From the IMG/VR virus record IMGVR_UViG_3300017917_001123, positions 124,001 through 188,000 of that record: DNA of 64,000 nucleotides; one strand, 5' to 3'. A model generated the notes under the pieces. That model was not told the origin of the DNA. It worked only from the letters and a program-made list of their open reading frames with translations, and searched no databases. Position numbers and translations under genes: made by a program. Shown piece by piece: positions 16,648 through 27,423 of the stretch. The number at the start of each line of letters is the position of its first letter. Position 1 is the stretch's first letter.

Positions 16648-19600
16648 ATGGCCGTAGGTCGAATTACAGGTCCGCTCTTAGCAAGCAATTTGTTAAGAGA
16701 CGGAGTAAATTTATCAGTAGAAACTGATCTCTTATACTTAGATGTTCAAACAGGTCGTATTGGTATCAAGACGTCTAGTCCGCAGTATGATTTAGATGTT
16801 AACGGTACAGCAAACATTGATGTATTGCGTGTATCAAATACCTCAACGTTAGGTTTACTAACAGTTACCAAATCCGTCACAAGTGGTACAATTGGATCAA
16901 CACTAGGTCCTATCAACATTGACCCAGCAAATAACGAAAAGATTTATTTAAAAGCCAATACAGAAGTTATTGGTAACTTACATGCCACTGGCGAAATCAC
17001 AGCCGACGGTAACATTCGACTAGGTGATACAACATCAACTGATACACTTAAAGTTGGTGCTGAGATTATTTCTAACCTAATTCCTCAAACACCAAACACT
17101 TACGATATAGGTTCACAAAGCCAAAATTGGCGTGCCGCTTATTTCCAACAATTATTCACAGGCAATCTACATCAGTTTGGCAACACAATTACAAACGTTC
17201 TTCCTCAGAACATTGATATTATTCCTCAAGGCGGAACATTAAACATCTACGGTAATGTTCGCATTTGGGAAGGAACACCTTTAGGTACTGCCCCTCAAAC
17301 TAACAACGTTTTATATGTAACAGAAAATGGCAGTGACACAAACGACGGTTCGGCAATGGACGCCTCTCGTGCTTGCCGTACAATCAGTGGTGCTGTTCGT
17401 AGTCCATTATACAAGCCAGGTACAAGTATTAAAGTTGCTCCTGGCCATTATCTAGAACAAAACCCAATTGAATTAAAACCTTACACATCTGTTATTGGTT
17501 CTGACCTACGTACAACATTTATTGAACCAATCAACAAGACACAAGACGTATTCCATGTTCGTTCTGGTTGCTACATTGCCCAGATGAATATCTTTAACGG
17601 TCGTTCTGGACGTTTCCCAGGAACTGGTTATCTAGCAGATACAAACCGCGGAGCCTACGCAGTTGCGTTCCCACCAAACGGCGACAACGGAGTTCCAGTA
17701 GACGTATTCCAATCTCCATATATTCAAAACTGTACAAACCAATCAGGTCCTTGGTTATATGACGGTACTATGTTTGTACCTAACCAAACAGTTCAAGTTC
17801 CAGAAGGTGTTGGTATCTCGACATACGAAGCTGGTACACAAGAAATTGAAGTAACATTATCTGAAGGTGAAATCTATGTTGGACAGAGCATTAACGGTGC
17901 TCCGCCAAATCAAGGATTCTTCAATGCTCGTACATTGTTATTATCAAACAAGCCGTTTATTCAAGAGCAAGTTGTTGCCTATGTTGACCAACAGTATGGC
18001 GGCCCATTCCAATACAACGCAGTCAAGTGCGCTCGCGACACTGGTCTTATCATTGACGGCCTAGGGTTAGATCTAGTTTACAACTCAACAAGCCAATCAG
18101 TATTCTCTGGTTTACAATATTGGAGCCAAACATCTTCACCGACACAGATTGCTGGTGAAGAAACTACAACAACAAACGCATTTAACTATATTAATAGTAT
18201 TGCTCAATTAGTTGTTCGTGCTCAAGCAGTTTCAACACCATACCAGAATACACTAACACAAGTTACTGCTCTTCCAGCCGGAGCTATTGGCGATGCTAAC
18301 AGAGTATCTTCGTTGTTTACAACTGCTACAAACATTATTGTTGAAGGCACATCTGGTATTAGCGACAAGATTATTTCAAACGGCGCAGTTACTTCTAACA
18401 CAAGTACACAGGCCGCTTACAATCTTCTACAGGCAAACAAAGAATTCTTAAAGGCAGAAGCCATTGCTTGGATTTCTGCTAACTCTCCGACCTTTACTTA
18501 CGACCAAGCAAAGTGTAAGAGAGATGTTGGCTATCTAGTTGACTGTGTATCGTTTGACTTACTACACGGTGGTAACCGTCAAGTAATTCAAGCAGGTACA
18601 TATTACTACGGTTACAGTTCTGTTAACAGCGCAATTCCGGGAGAACAGGCTCAGACAATTCTAGCATACAATTACATGAAGAATGTAATCTCTGCCGTTG
18701 TTCAAAGTCAGAAGCTAACACGCTTCTATCAATCTGAGATTCCTCAAGTACTTGATAATAACAACGCAGGGTCAGCTGCCGCCGCAACGACTATTACTGG
18801 AAATATTGATTTAATTACAAGATTAGTTCGAGTCGGTCCAGAAGGCGCACCAGCATTAGAGCCAATTGGTTTAACACGTTCAGTTGATACTGGTGTGTTA
18901 AATGCCTATGCTCTGTTAACTGCTAACATGGACTTTATTAAGGCAGAAGTTATTGCCTATGTAAACACATTACCTAACTTTGTTTACAACAAAGAGAAGT
19001 GCTACAGAGACGTTGGAATTATTATTGAAAACGTTTCCTTTGATGCGTTAAATGGTGGAAATGAAAAAGCACTTGAAGCAGGCTTGTCTTATTACAACGG
19101 TGTAACAAGTGTAATTCAAGGTCAAGAAACACAAACAGTTGGCGCAATCGAATATATTAAATTCTTAGCAAGAAAAGTTATTCGTAATCAAACTTGCCCA
19201 GACCTATTAAGCGGCCGCGGCGCAGAAAGCCAGCAAATTAACTATGTTTTAACTGGCGGTGGTATCGCTCAACCGGCATTAGATAAAGGCTTTGATCTTA
19301 TCACTGGTATCATTACTAACGGCCCATCTTTTGCTCCTACTTCTTATCCAGGATGCGCTGTCGATCCATACTTGATGAGTGCTGAAGTTCTATTACAAGC
19401 TAATAGAAGTTTCATCCAAGAAGAAATTGTTGAGTTTGTTAATAAGTCTTTCTTAACATTCCCATTCAACACATCTAAATGCCGCCGTGATACTGGTTTA
19501 ATTGTTGACGCAATCGCAATGGATATGATGTATCCCACTGCGTCAGACAGTCAATCAACATTCGCAGGTATCCAATACTGGAAGAACGGAAGCTATACTG

Positions 19601-22600
19601 GCGACATTGAAAAAGAATTAACAACAACAACAAATGCTATTAGCTATCTAAGTAGCCTAGCACAAAAATTAATTCTAAACGATATTTCTGGTCCACGTTA
19701 TCAGACAGCAGTTACACAAAATACAAGCCTTGCGTCTGCTACAGTTTCTGAAGCAGACATAATTGGAACAGATTTAGATCTAGTTATTTCAATTCTAAAT
19801 GATGGAACCGAAGGCATAACTGACAAAGTTATTCCAAACGGTCAACCTCTAACTACCCCTGGTGTAATTAACGCTTACGAAATTTTACAAGCTAACAAAG
19901 CATACATCCAAGCAGAAGTTGTTGCCTACGTTGAAGCAACCAAGACTCCTGGATTTACATACAGCCAAGTAAGTTGCTCGAGAGATGTCGGTTACTTAGT
20001 TGACGCAGTTTCCTTTGACTTATTACATGGCGGTAACCGTCAAGCAATTCAAAGTGGTGTTTACTACTATTCATTTGACGGCCTTGTTAGTGCTATTCCA
20101 GGTGAAACAACTCAAACTGTTTCAGCATACAAACACTTAAAATCAATTCTTGCTAACATCATTACAGGAACAACTGTAACAGAGCGTTACCAAAATGTTA
20201 TTAATCAGAACGTATCTTTAAGTGCTGGAGGAAGTACTCAGGTAACAACCGCACAAGGTTTAGTTGATACAATTATTGATATTATTTTAGTAGGTCCAAG
20301 TGCCGCTCCAGCCGCACAACCATTGAGCCTAACAGAAAGTTCTACAGCATTAACAGTAAATGCGGCAAAGATCATCTCAGCAAACAGAGACTTTATCAAA
20401 GCCGAAATTATTGCTTATATTAATAAGACTTTCCCAAGCTTCAGATACAACAGCGAAAAATGTGCTCGCGATACCGGCTTGTTAGTTGATGCTATAGCAC
20501 AAGATTTATTATTTGAAGGCAATACACAATCAGTATTCTCTGGTGTTCAGTATTGGAAACAAACTGGTTACACTGGTACTATCGCAAATGAATTAACAAC
20601 TACAACTAGCGCAATTAGCTATGTAAGCGACCTTGCTCAAAAAATTGTTAAGAATGTCACAAGCGGACCACGTTATCAGTCAGCAGTTACACAAAACACA
20701 GTTTTACCAGCCGCTACTACAATTCAATCATATAAGATTAGTAAAGAGTTTGAATTAATCTTAGAATTAATCAATGATGGATTACTAGGAGTTACTGATA
20801 AGATTGAACCTAACAGTTTAGTAGCAAGCGGCGATTCAAATGTCATTGCCGCATTTGATTTACTACAAGCTAATAAAGCATACATCCAAGCAGAAGCTGT
20901 GGCTTTTGTTGAATCAACTAAGACACCTGGCTTTACTTACGACCAAGCCAAGTGTTCTCGAGATGTTGGCTACATGATTGATAGCGTATGTATTGACTTA
21001 CTATACGGCGGTAACCGTCAAGCAATTCAAAGTGGTGTTTACTATTGGGATGCTTCAACTGGCGTTACCGCAATTCCGGGCGAAATTACTGAAACCCTTG
21101 ATGCTTACAACTATCTAAAGACTATTGTTGAAAAAGTAATCTTAGGTATACCAGCACCAAGAAGCCAAAGCAACAAGATTGTTCAAGTAACAAACTTGCC
21201 AACAGCGTCTGACACAGAAGTAACCTTATTAAGCAACAAAATTAATAAGATTACAAACATTATTCAAAACGGACCATCTGTTGTAACAGTTAAAGAACCA
21301 ATTAGCTTAGTTCGTACATCCGACGCAAACAAGAAACGTGCTTACGATTTGCTAATGGCAAACAGAGAGTTTATTGCTAGCGAAATTGTTTCTTACATCA
21401 ACGAAAAGTACAATGGAATTTCTTATTCTTACAACAAGGTTAAGTGTTTCCGTGATACTGGGTTGATTGTTGATAGTATTGTTACTGACTTAGGTTGGGG
21501 AACAAACGGATTTACACAAAGCAACTTTGCCGGTTTACAGTACTGGAACCAAAACGGTTATACTGGAGACATCCAACGAGAGCTAACAACCACAACTAAC
21601 GCAATCAACTATCTAAGCACACTTGCTCAGAAAATTGTTCAAAATGATTTAACAGGTACTCGTTATCAGTTTACACTAACTCAAAACATAAGTCTACCAG
21701 CCGCAACACCAATTGAAGCATCGGCTATTGCTTTAGACTTTAGCACCGTTACAAACATCTTGTTAAACGGAACAACTGGTGTAACAGATATTATTGTTTC
21801 AAATGGTATTACTGCTCTAAGTTCAGACGCACAACACGCTTACGATTTATTACAGGCAAACAAGGCATACATGCAGGCCGAAGTTATTGCTTGGGTCGAA
21901 GCAAACAAAGGCACTGGATTTGTTTATGATAGTACTAAGTGTTCAAGAGACACTGGCCTAATTGTTGATGCTGTGGTACAAGACTTATTGTTTGGCGGAA
22001 CAAGTCAAACAACATTTGCTGGTATTCAATATTGGAACCAAAATGGTTACGTAGGAACCATCGCAAGTGAGTTAACAACTACAACTAACGCAATTTCTTA
22101 TGTAAGCAGTCTGGCACAAAAAGTAATTCAGAACGATACACTAGGAACAAGATATCAGTCAACTGTAACACAAGTTACAAATCTTGATCCAGGTACCGTT
22201 ACAGAAGCGACTCGCGTTGCCAGCGACTTTACTGTAATTTTAGATATTTTACAAAATGGTACTGCTGGGGTAAGCGATAAGATTATTCCAAACGGTATCG
22301 ACGCAGACATTAATACTAATGTTCAAAATGCCTTTGCTGTTCTTCAAGCAAACAAGGCATACATTCAAACAGAAGCAGTAGCATTTGTTGAATCAACTAA
22401 GACACCTGGCTTTGTATATGATCAAGCTAAGTGCTATAGAGATGTTGGTTACATGATTGATAGCATCTGTATCGACTTGCTATATGGCGGAAATCGTCAA
22501 GCAATTCAAAGCGGGGTTTACTATTATGGTTACAACGGAAGTTCAAGTGCAATTGCTGGAGAACAAACAGAAACTATCGCCGCATACAATCATATCAAGG

Positions 22601-25600
22601 CAATCATAACCTCGATTGTTACTGGCGTAGAAATTACTAATCCTTATCAGCTAGCTGTTCCGCAGGTAAGAACACTATCTGCCGGTACAAGCGCAGAAGT
22701 AACAACTTCTCAAGGATTAATTGATGTTATTACAAATATCATTCAGAACGGCCCAACCGTTGCGGCAGCTCCTGCCCCATTAGGATTAACAAAGAGCTCA
22801 AACGCAAACGTTCAAAACGCGGCCGCAATGTTACTTGCTAACAAAGATTTTATTGTAGCAGAAACAATCGCTTATATTGATTCTACATACGCAAAAGGTT
22901 TTGATTACGATCAGGCTAAGTGCTATCGAGACATGGGTTATCTAATTGATAGTATCAGTTACGATATTCTATACGGCGGCAACAGACAAGCAGTCAACAG
23001 TGGTGTTTACTACTACGGATTTGATGCTTCAGCAAGTGCTGTAGCAAACGAGCAAGTACAAACCGCCGCGGCCTATAACAGATTAAAAGAAATTATTCCT
23101 TTAATCATTACTAACCAGCCAGTAGCACCGACAGACGGTAATGTAACAGAACAACAGTTCAACACATTTGGTTCAAATGAAGAAGTTAGCCAATTAACTT
23201 CTCAGATGATTCAGTTAATGGTTGACATTATCCAAGACGGCCCAAGTGCGGCGATAGCAAAAACTCCAATCGGTCTAACAGAGAATACTGATGCTAATAT
23301 CCAAAAAGCAATGGTACTATTACGTTTAAACAGAGAGTTTATCCAAAACGAAATCATTGCTTGGGTTGACGCAACATACAAGAAGGGCTACTTTAATTAC
23401 AGCCAAGAGAAGTGCTACAGAGATGTCGGCCTAATCGTTGATGCTCTATCTGGCGACCTATTAATTGGCGGAAACTTAAAGACAATCGAAGCAGGTGTTA
23501 CTTATTGGCTTGGCGGCGTTAACGCAGTTGCTAACGAAATACCTCAACAAAATGCTTCTTTAGATTATCTAAAGACCGTTGTTGCTAAGGTTGTATCTAA
23601 TCAAGAATTAGCTTCTATTAGCGGAGCACGTCAGATTATTAATCCTTACTTTGCTGGCGGACAATACACAACAGAAAACTTAAACAGATTAATTGACATT
23701 CTTAAGACAGTTATTTCTAAAGGTCCTGCTTTTGCTCCACAAGGGTATCAAGGAAGTGGTGCTTTCGCAACAAGTAACTCGTCGGTTGATTACATCCAAC
23801 CAGCAAGTACAGTTCTTGAGGTAACTGATTTAGGCGGATATCGTTACAGAGTTTATCTAAGCAAGCCTATCCTAGGCCCAGGAAATAACGCAACATTGTT
23901 CTTTGGACAAACATCAGTTTATCCTTTACTAGATAAGAATGTTCCAGATCGTTGGAATCAACGACGCATTGACCCATACGGTTCTGTAGGCGGTGCCCTA
24001 ATTGACGGCGCAGTTGTTTCTAAGCGTTCTCCAATTCAGTCGTTTGTTTTTGACGCATATACTCAACTTAACCAAGGCGGTATTGGAATTAAGATTACAA
24101 ACAGCGGTTACGCACAGCTAGTATCGGTGTTCACAATCTTCTGCGGAACATCTGTTATTGTAGAGAACGGCGGTATTTGTTCTATTACCAACTCTAACGC
24201 GAACTTTGGTGACTTCTGTCTAGTTGCTAAGGGTTACAGTAAGCGCGAGTTCTTCGGTGAAGTTTATAACCCACCAGTTCTACCTTACTATCCAAATGGA
24301 TTCTTCCCGCAGACACAGATTGTTGAAGTGTTCTGTCCAGACCCAGAAAACAGACCGCACATTGGTCAGATTATGGAAGTTGTTCCTCCTGAGGGATATA
24401 CTAACGCACAAGGTCTACCAGGATTCTTATCTGCGGCAATCAACACAAGCACATTAACAACTGGATCAATTAGCATAAGTGGAATTGATACAGAAGGTGT
24501 TGTTATTGGTCAAAACATTTATGTTCGCGACCAGTACGGTTCATACACTGATATTAACGGAACACGTTATGTTCCAGAAGGTACTATTGTAACAGATGTA
24601 TCATTTAAGACAATTACACTAAGCGAAAGTATCACATCGGGCGGTGGAGAACTTGGAAATCCAAACTACTTTACAATGTATGTTGCTGGTAATGCTTATT
24701 ACACAGTTCGTTCAAGCGAACTTGCTCCGGATCCAATTCCTCCTGGAACTTTCCGATTAGGCCCAAGCGCAACAGAACAAGGTAACGATCAAGGCGATGA
24801 AGAAATTCAAGCACTTCAATACCTAAACAATCTAGCAAATAAAGTTGTTAGCAATCAGCTAATTAGTGCGGCTCAAACAACATCAACTCAAGTAACTAAC
24901 TTGACATTAAGCGGTGGTGACCAAGCAACCATTAGAATGGGTGAATTGTTTACAACTCTACAAAGCATTATTACAAATGGTCTAGATGCGGCACCTGCTA
25001 TTAAGAAAGAAGGTGTTGTTCCGCCTGGAGCAGATAGCGCAAGTTCTTTACTAACTGCGAATACTCCGTTCTTACAAGAAGAAATCATAAAATATATTAA
25101 CAGTCAATACTTTGTATATGATCATGATCTATGCCGTAGAGACTTAGGTTACATTTTAGATGGCTTTGGTTGGGACGTTTTATTCCAATCTAACTACCAA
25201 GCTATTAAGTGCGGTAATGCTTATCTAAGAAATGTACCTGGAAGCAAGTATGTTTTAGAAAATGAAAAAGCACAAACAGTCGATGCTATTGATAGAATCG
25301 CTGACTTAACAAACGGTCTAAGTGGTATTAATACTGTTACTGGCGCTATTTCTGTTATTAACTTAGACGGTATCTACATCCAAAATATTATCAACGGCGC
25401 AGGCGCACCAGCATATAGTATGCCTAACCCGGCAGGCCTTGATAACGGCATAGCAAGTGCTAAGAGTTTAATTTTAGACAACTTAGCTTACATTAAAGAA
25501 GAAGTTATTGGATGGATCGATGCTACATATCCAACATTCACTTACGATCAAATTAAATGTAAGAGAGACATTGGTTTAGTATTAGACGGTGTAAACTGGG

Positions 25601-27423
25601 ATATCCTTTTAGGAACCAACTACCGTAGTATTAAATCCGGTCAAGCATACTTCCGTGGAAACGCAGAAGCATTATTAGCAAATGAAAAAACTCAGACAAT
25701 TGCCGCGTTTGGTTTTGTAAAAGATTACTTGTTAAATCTTTCAGTTGTTCAAGCAAGCACAACTGCTACACAAACTGTGACAAATGACTTTAATAATATC
25801 ATTGCTATTCTAAACGGAGGCATTGCGGCAAGCCCAACAGTAACATATACAATTCCGCCAGGCACAGTAACAGGCTTCTCAAGTGCAAGCCAGTTGTTAC
25901 AAGCAAACCGCGCATTTATTATGGCTGAGGTAGAAAATTACATTCATGTAACTTATCCAAGTCATGTATATGATCGAGCTAAGTGCGAAAGAGATGTTGG
26001 TTTAATTTTAGATGCTTTAATCTATGATTTAACTTACGGCGGAAACTCAATGACTGTTGATGCGGCTCTTCAATACTTTGATAACGCAAATAACAATGTT
26101 CGTGTAAATCCTAACGAAGTACCTGAAACAGTTGCTGGTATTAATTACATTAACACTATTTGCCAACGTATTATTCAAAACTTGGCTCCTGTAGTAAGCT
26201 ATCAAGTAGCTGTAACTCAAACATTCAATCCAAGTTGGCCACAAGGTTCTGTAGCTGGACCTACTGTTGCTGATCTTGTAAGCGATATCGCAAACATTGT
26301 TCAGAACGGTCCGTCTGCTACTCCGTTGATTACTGAGCCATCATATGCTTGGGCAAGTCCAAGTCAGATTCTGGCAAGAACAGAAATTGATGATTCTAAG
26401 GAACTGATTGCTACTGAAACTATTGCGTTCATTAATGATGAATATACAGTATTCAGTTACGATAAAGCAACATGCCGTCGCGATATGGATTATGTAATTC
26501 ATAGCATGATCTATGATTTAATTTACGGCGGAAATTGGCAGACAGTTGATGCTGGTTTAAATTATTGGAAAGGAGCTACTAGCTTAATTCCGGGTGAACA
26601 AGATCAAACAGTTGGCGCATTTACCTACATGCTTCAGTTAATGAAACGTGTTTCTCTAAATCAAGCACCAACACAGAGCTATCAGAACATTTACACACAA
26701 TTCTTTAATCCGTTATTGCTTGATGGACAAAATGCTCATGGTAAGTTAGAGGCGTTAACTGTTATTCTAAATAACATTATTCAAAACGGAACAGGCGTTG
26801 CTCCAGCAATTGAGTATCCTGGCACAACAGGATATAGTTCAACATTATTAAATGTTAAGAACATTATCGAAACACAAAAGACAAACTTGGTCAACCAGGT
26901 AATTACGTATATTGATAACAAGTATAACGGTTTTGAATATAACCAAGCGTTGTGTAAGCGTGACGTAGGGTTTGTAGTAGAAGCAATTGCCGCAGACTTA
27001 GTAAGTGGTGGAAACTACAACACAGTCTTATGTGGTCAGAGCTACTACGCAAGAGAAGGTACACACCACTATGTGACTATCGAAGATAACGTAGCAGATG
27101 CTACACTATTCCCAGATAAGGCACATATTAATTTCTATCGTCGTTCTTACATGTCTGCTTCTGGTTACTTGTTTGAATATGTAGGTGCTGGTTCTAACTA
27201 CGGTGCTCTACCTTATGTAGGACGATTTGATCCTAACCAAGAAAGAGAAACTGTACAGTTGAATAACGGTAAGGTATTCTTTACAAGTACTGACCAAAAC
27301 GGTGACTTCCGAATTGGTCCAGGATTGGTAATTAGCCAGGCAACTGGTGTGTTATCAGGACGTACATTTACGAAGTCATTGTTTGCTAACTTGACACCGT
27401 TCATCTTAGCAATTGAAGGATAA
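16648..27423 (+). CDS. Giant virion/appendage protein, 3591 aa: fibre-type N-terminus, split beta-helix, 17 helical C-x-R-D (phycobiliprotein-like) repeats, C-terminal fibre-type domain
   Basis: Uninterrupted ORF with strong SD; LYVTENGSDTNDG...IKVAPGHYLE beta-helix start; repeat motif F-x-Y-x3-K-C-x-R-D-x-G-x3-D-x4-D-x3-GGN. Confidence 0.9.
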   Translation: MAVGRITGPLLASNLLRDGVNLSVETDLLYLDVQTGRIGIKTSSPQYDLDVNGTANIDVLRVSNTSTLGLLTVTKSVTSGTIGSTLGPINIDPANNEKIYLKANTEVIGNLHATGEITADGNIRLGDTTSTDTLKVGAEIISNLIPQTPNTYDIGSQSQNWRAAYFQQLFTGNLHQFGNTITNVLPQNIDIIPQGGTLNIYGNVRIWEGTPLGTAPQTNNVLYVTENGSDTNDGSAMDASRACRTISGAVRSPLYKPGTSIKVAPGHYLEQNPIELKPYTSVIGSDLRTTFIEPINKTQDVFHVRSGCYIAQMNIFNGRSGRFPGTGYLADTNRGAYAVAFPPNGDNGVPVDVFQSPYIQNCTNQSGPWLYDGTMFVPNQTVQVPEGVGISTYEAGTQEIEVTLSEGEIYVGQSINGAPPNQGFFNARTLLLSNKPFIQEQVVAYVDQQYGGPFQYNAVKCARDTGLIIDGLGLDLVYNSTSQSVFSGLQYWSQTSSPTQIAGEETTTTNAFNYINSIAQLVVRAQAVSTPYQNTLTQVTALPAGAIGDANRVSSLFTTATNIIVEGTSGISDKIISNGAVTSNTSTQAAYNLLQANKEFLKAEAIAWISANSPTFTYDQAKCKRDVGYLVDCVSFDLLHGGNRQVIQAGTYYYGYSSVNSAIPGEQAQTILAYNYMKNVISAVVQSQKLTRFYQSEIPQVLDNNNAGSAAAATTITGNIDLITRLVRVGPEGAPALEPIGLTRSVDTGVLNAYALLTANMDFIKAEVIAYVNTLPNFVYNKEKCYRDVGIIIENVSFDALNGGNEKALEAGLSYYNGVTSVIQGQETQTVGAIEYIKFLARKVIRNQTCPDLLSGRGAESQQINYVLTGGGIAQPALDKGFDLITGIITNGPSFAPTSYPGCAVDPYLMSAEVLLQANRSFIQEEIVEFVNKSFLTFPFNTSKCRRDTGLIVDAIAMDMMYPTASDSQSTFAGIQYWKNGSYTGDIEKELTTTTNAISYLSSLAQKLILNDISGPRYQTAVTQNTSLASATVSEADIIGTDLDLVISILNDGTEGITDKVIPNGQPLTTPGVINAYEILQANKAYIQAEVVAYVEATKTPGFTYSQVSCSRDVGYLVDAVSFDLLHGGNRQAIQSGVYYYSFDGLVSAIPGETTQTVSAYKHLKSILANIITGTTVTERYQNVINQNVSLSAGGSTQVTTAQGLVDTIIDIILVGPSAAPAAQPLSLTESSTALTVNAAKIISANRDFIKAEIIAYINKTFPSFRYNSEKCARDTGLLVDAIAQDLLFEGNTQSVFSGVQYWKQTGYTGTIANELTTTTSAISYVSDLAQKIVKNVTSGPRYQSAVTQNTVLPAATTIQSYKISKEFELILELINDGLLGVTDKIEPNSLVASGDSNVIAAFDLLQANKAYIQAEAVAFVESTKTPGFTYDQAKCSRDVGYMIDSVCIDLLYGGNRQAIQSGVYYWDASTGVTAIPGEITETLDAYNYLKTIVEKVILGIPAPRSQSNKIVQVTNLPTASDTEVTLLSNKINKITNIIQNGPSVVTVKEPISLVRTSDANKKRAYDLLMANREFIASEIVSYINEKYNGISYSYNKVKCFRDTGLIVDSIVTDLGWGTNGFTQSNFAGLQYWNQNGYTGDIQRELTTTTNAINYLSTLAQKIVQNDLTGTRYQFTLTQNISLPAATPIEASAIALDFSTVTNILLNGTTGVTDIIVSNGITALSSDAQHAYDLLQANKAYMQAEVIAWVEANKGTGFVYDSTKCSRDTGLIVDAVVQDLLFGGTSQTTFAGIQYWNQNGYVGTIASELTTTTNAISYVSSLAQKVIQNDTLGTRYQSTVTQVTNLDPGTVTEATRVASDFTVILDILQNGTAGVSDKIIPNGIDADINTNVQNAFAVLQANKAYIQTEAVAFVESTKTPGFVYDQAKCYRDVGYMIDSICIDLLYGGNRQAIQSGVYYYGYNGSSSAIAGEQTETIAAYNHIKAIITSIVTGVEITNPYQLAVPQVRTLSAGTSAEVTTSQGLIDVITNIIQNGPTVAAAPAPLGLTKSSNANVQNAAAMLLANKDFIVAETIAYIDSTYAKGFDYDQAKCYRDMGYLIDSISYDILYGGNRQAVNSGVYYYGFDASASAVANEQVQTAAAYNRLKEIIPLIITNQPVAPTDGNVTEQQFNTFGSNEEVSQLTSQMIQLMVDIIQDGPSAAIAKTPIGLTENTDANIQKAMVLLRLNREFIQNEIIAWVDATYKKGYFNYSQEKCYRDVGLIVDALSGDLLIGGNLKTIEAGVTYWLGGVNAVANEIPQQNASLDYLKTVVAKVVSNQELASISGARQIINPYFAGGQYTTENLNRLIDILKTVISKGPAFAPQGYQGSGAFATSNSSVDYIQPASTVLEVTDLGGYRYRVYLSKPILGPGNNATLFFGQTSVYPLLDKNVPDRWNQRRIDPYGSVGGALIDGAVVSKRSPIQSFVFDAYTQLNQGGIGIKITNSGYAQLVSVFTIFCGTSVIVENGGICSITNSNANFGDFCLVAKGYSKREFFGEVYNPPVLPYYPNGFFPQTQIVEVFCPDPENRPHIGQIMEVVPPEGYTNAQGLPGFLSAAINTSTLTTGSISISGIDTEGVVIGQNIYVRDQYGSYTDINGTRYVPEGTIVTDVSFKTITLSESITSGGGELGNPNYFTMYVAGNAYYTVRSSELAPDPIPPGTFRLGPSATEQGNDQGDEEIQALQYLNNLANKVVSNQLISAAQTTSTQVTNLTLSGGDQATIRMGELFTTLQSIITNGLDAAPAIKKEGVVPPGADSASSLLTANTPFLQEEIIKYINSQYFVYDHDLCRRDLGYILDGFGWDVLFQSNYQAIKCGNAYLRNVPGSKYVLENEKAQTVDAIDRIADLTNGLSGINTVTGAISVINLDGIYIQNIINGAGAPAYSMPNPAGLDNGIASAKSLILDNLAYIKEEVIGWIDATYPTFTYDQIKCKRDIGLVLDGVNWDILLGTNYRSIKSGQAYFRGNAEALLANEKTQTIAAFGFVKDYLLNLSVVQASTTATQTVTNDFNNIIAILNGGIAASPTVTYTIPPGTVTGFSSASQLLQANRAFIMAEVENYIHVTYPSHVYDRAKCERDVGLILDALIYDLTYGGNSMTVDAALQYFDNANNNVRVNPNEVPETVAGINYINTICQRIIQNLAPVVSYQVAVTQTFNPSWPQGSVAGPTVADLVSDIANIVQNGPSATPLITEPSYAWASPSQILARTEIDDSKELIATETIAFINDEYTVFSYDKATCRRDMDYVIHSMIYDLIYGGNWQTVDAGLNYWKGATSLIPGEQDQTVGAFTYMLQLMKRVSLNQAPTQSYQNIYTQFFNPLLLDGQNAHGKLEALTVILNNIIQNGTGVAPAIEYPGTTGYSSTLLNVKNIIETQKTNLVNQVITYIDNKYNGFEYNQALCKRDVGFVVEAIAADLVSGGNYNTVLCGQSYYAREGTHHYVTIEDNVADATLFPDKAHINFYRRSYMSASGYLFEYVGAGSNYGALPYVGRFDPNQERETVQLNNGKVFFTSTDQNGDFRIGPGLVISQATGVLSGRTFTKSLFANLTPFILAIEG
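17915..27060 (+). repeat. Protein-level tandem repeat array: 12 + 5 copies of a ~142-165-aa helical unit with invariant C-x-R-D
   Basis: Cys codons at 18028, 18514, 19000, 19480, 19975, 20461, 20953, 21445, 21940, 22432, 22921, 23413, then 25132, 25558, 25984, 26473, 26953. Confidence 0.93.
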
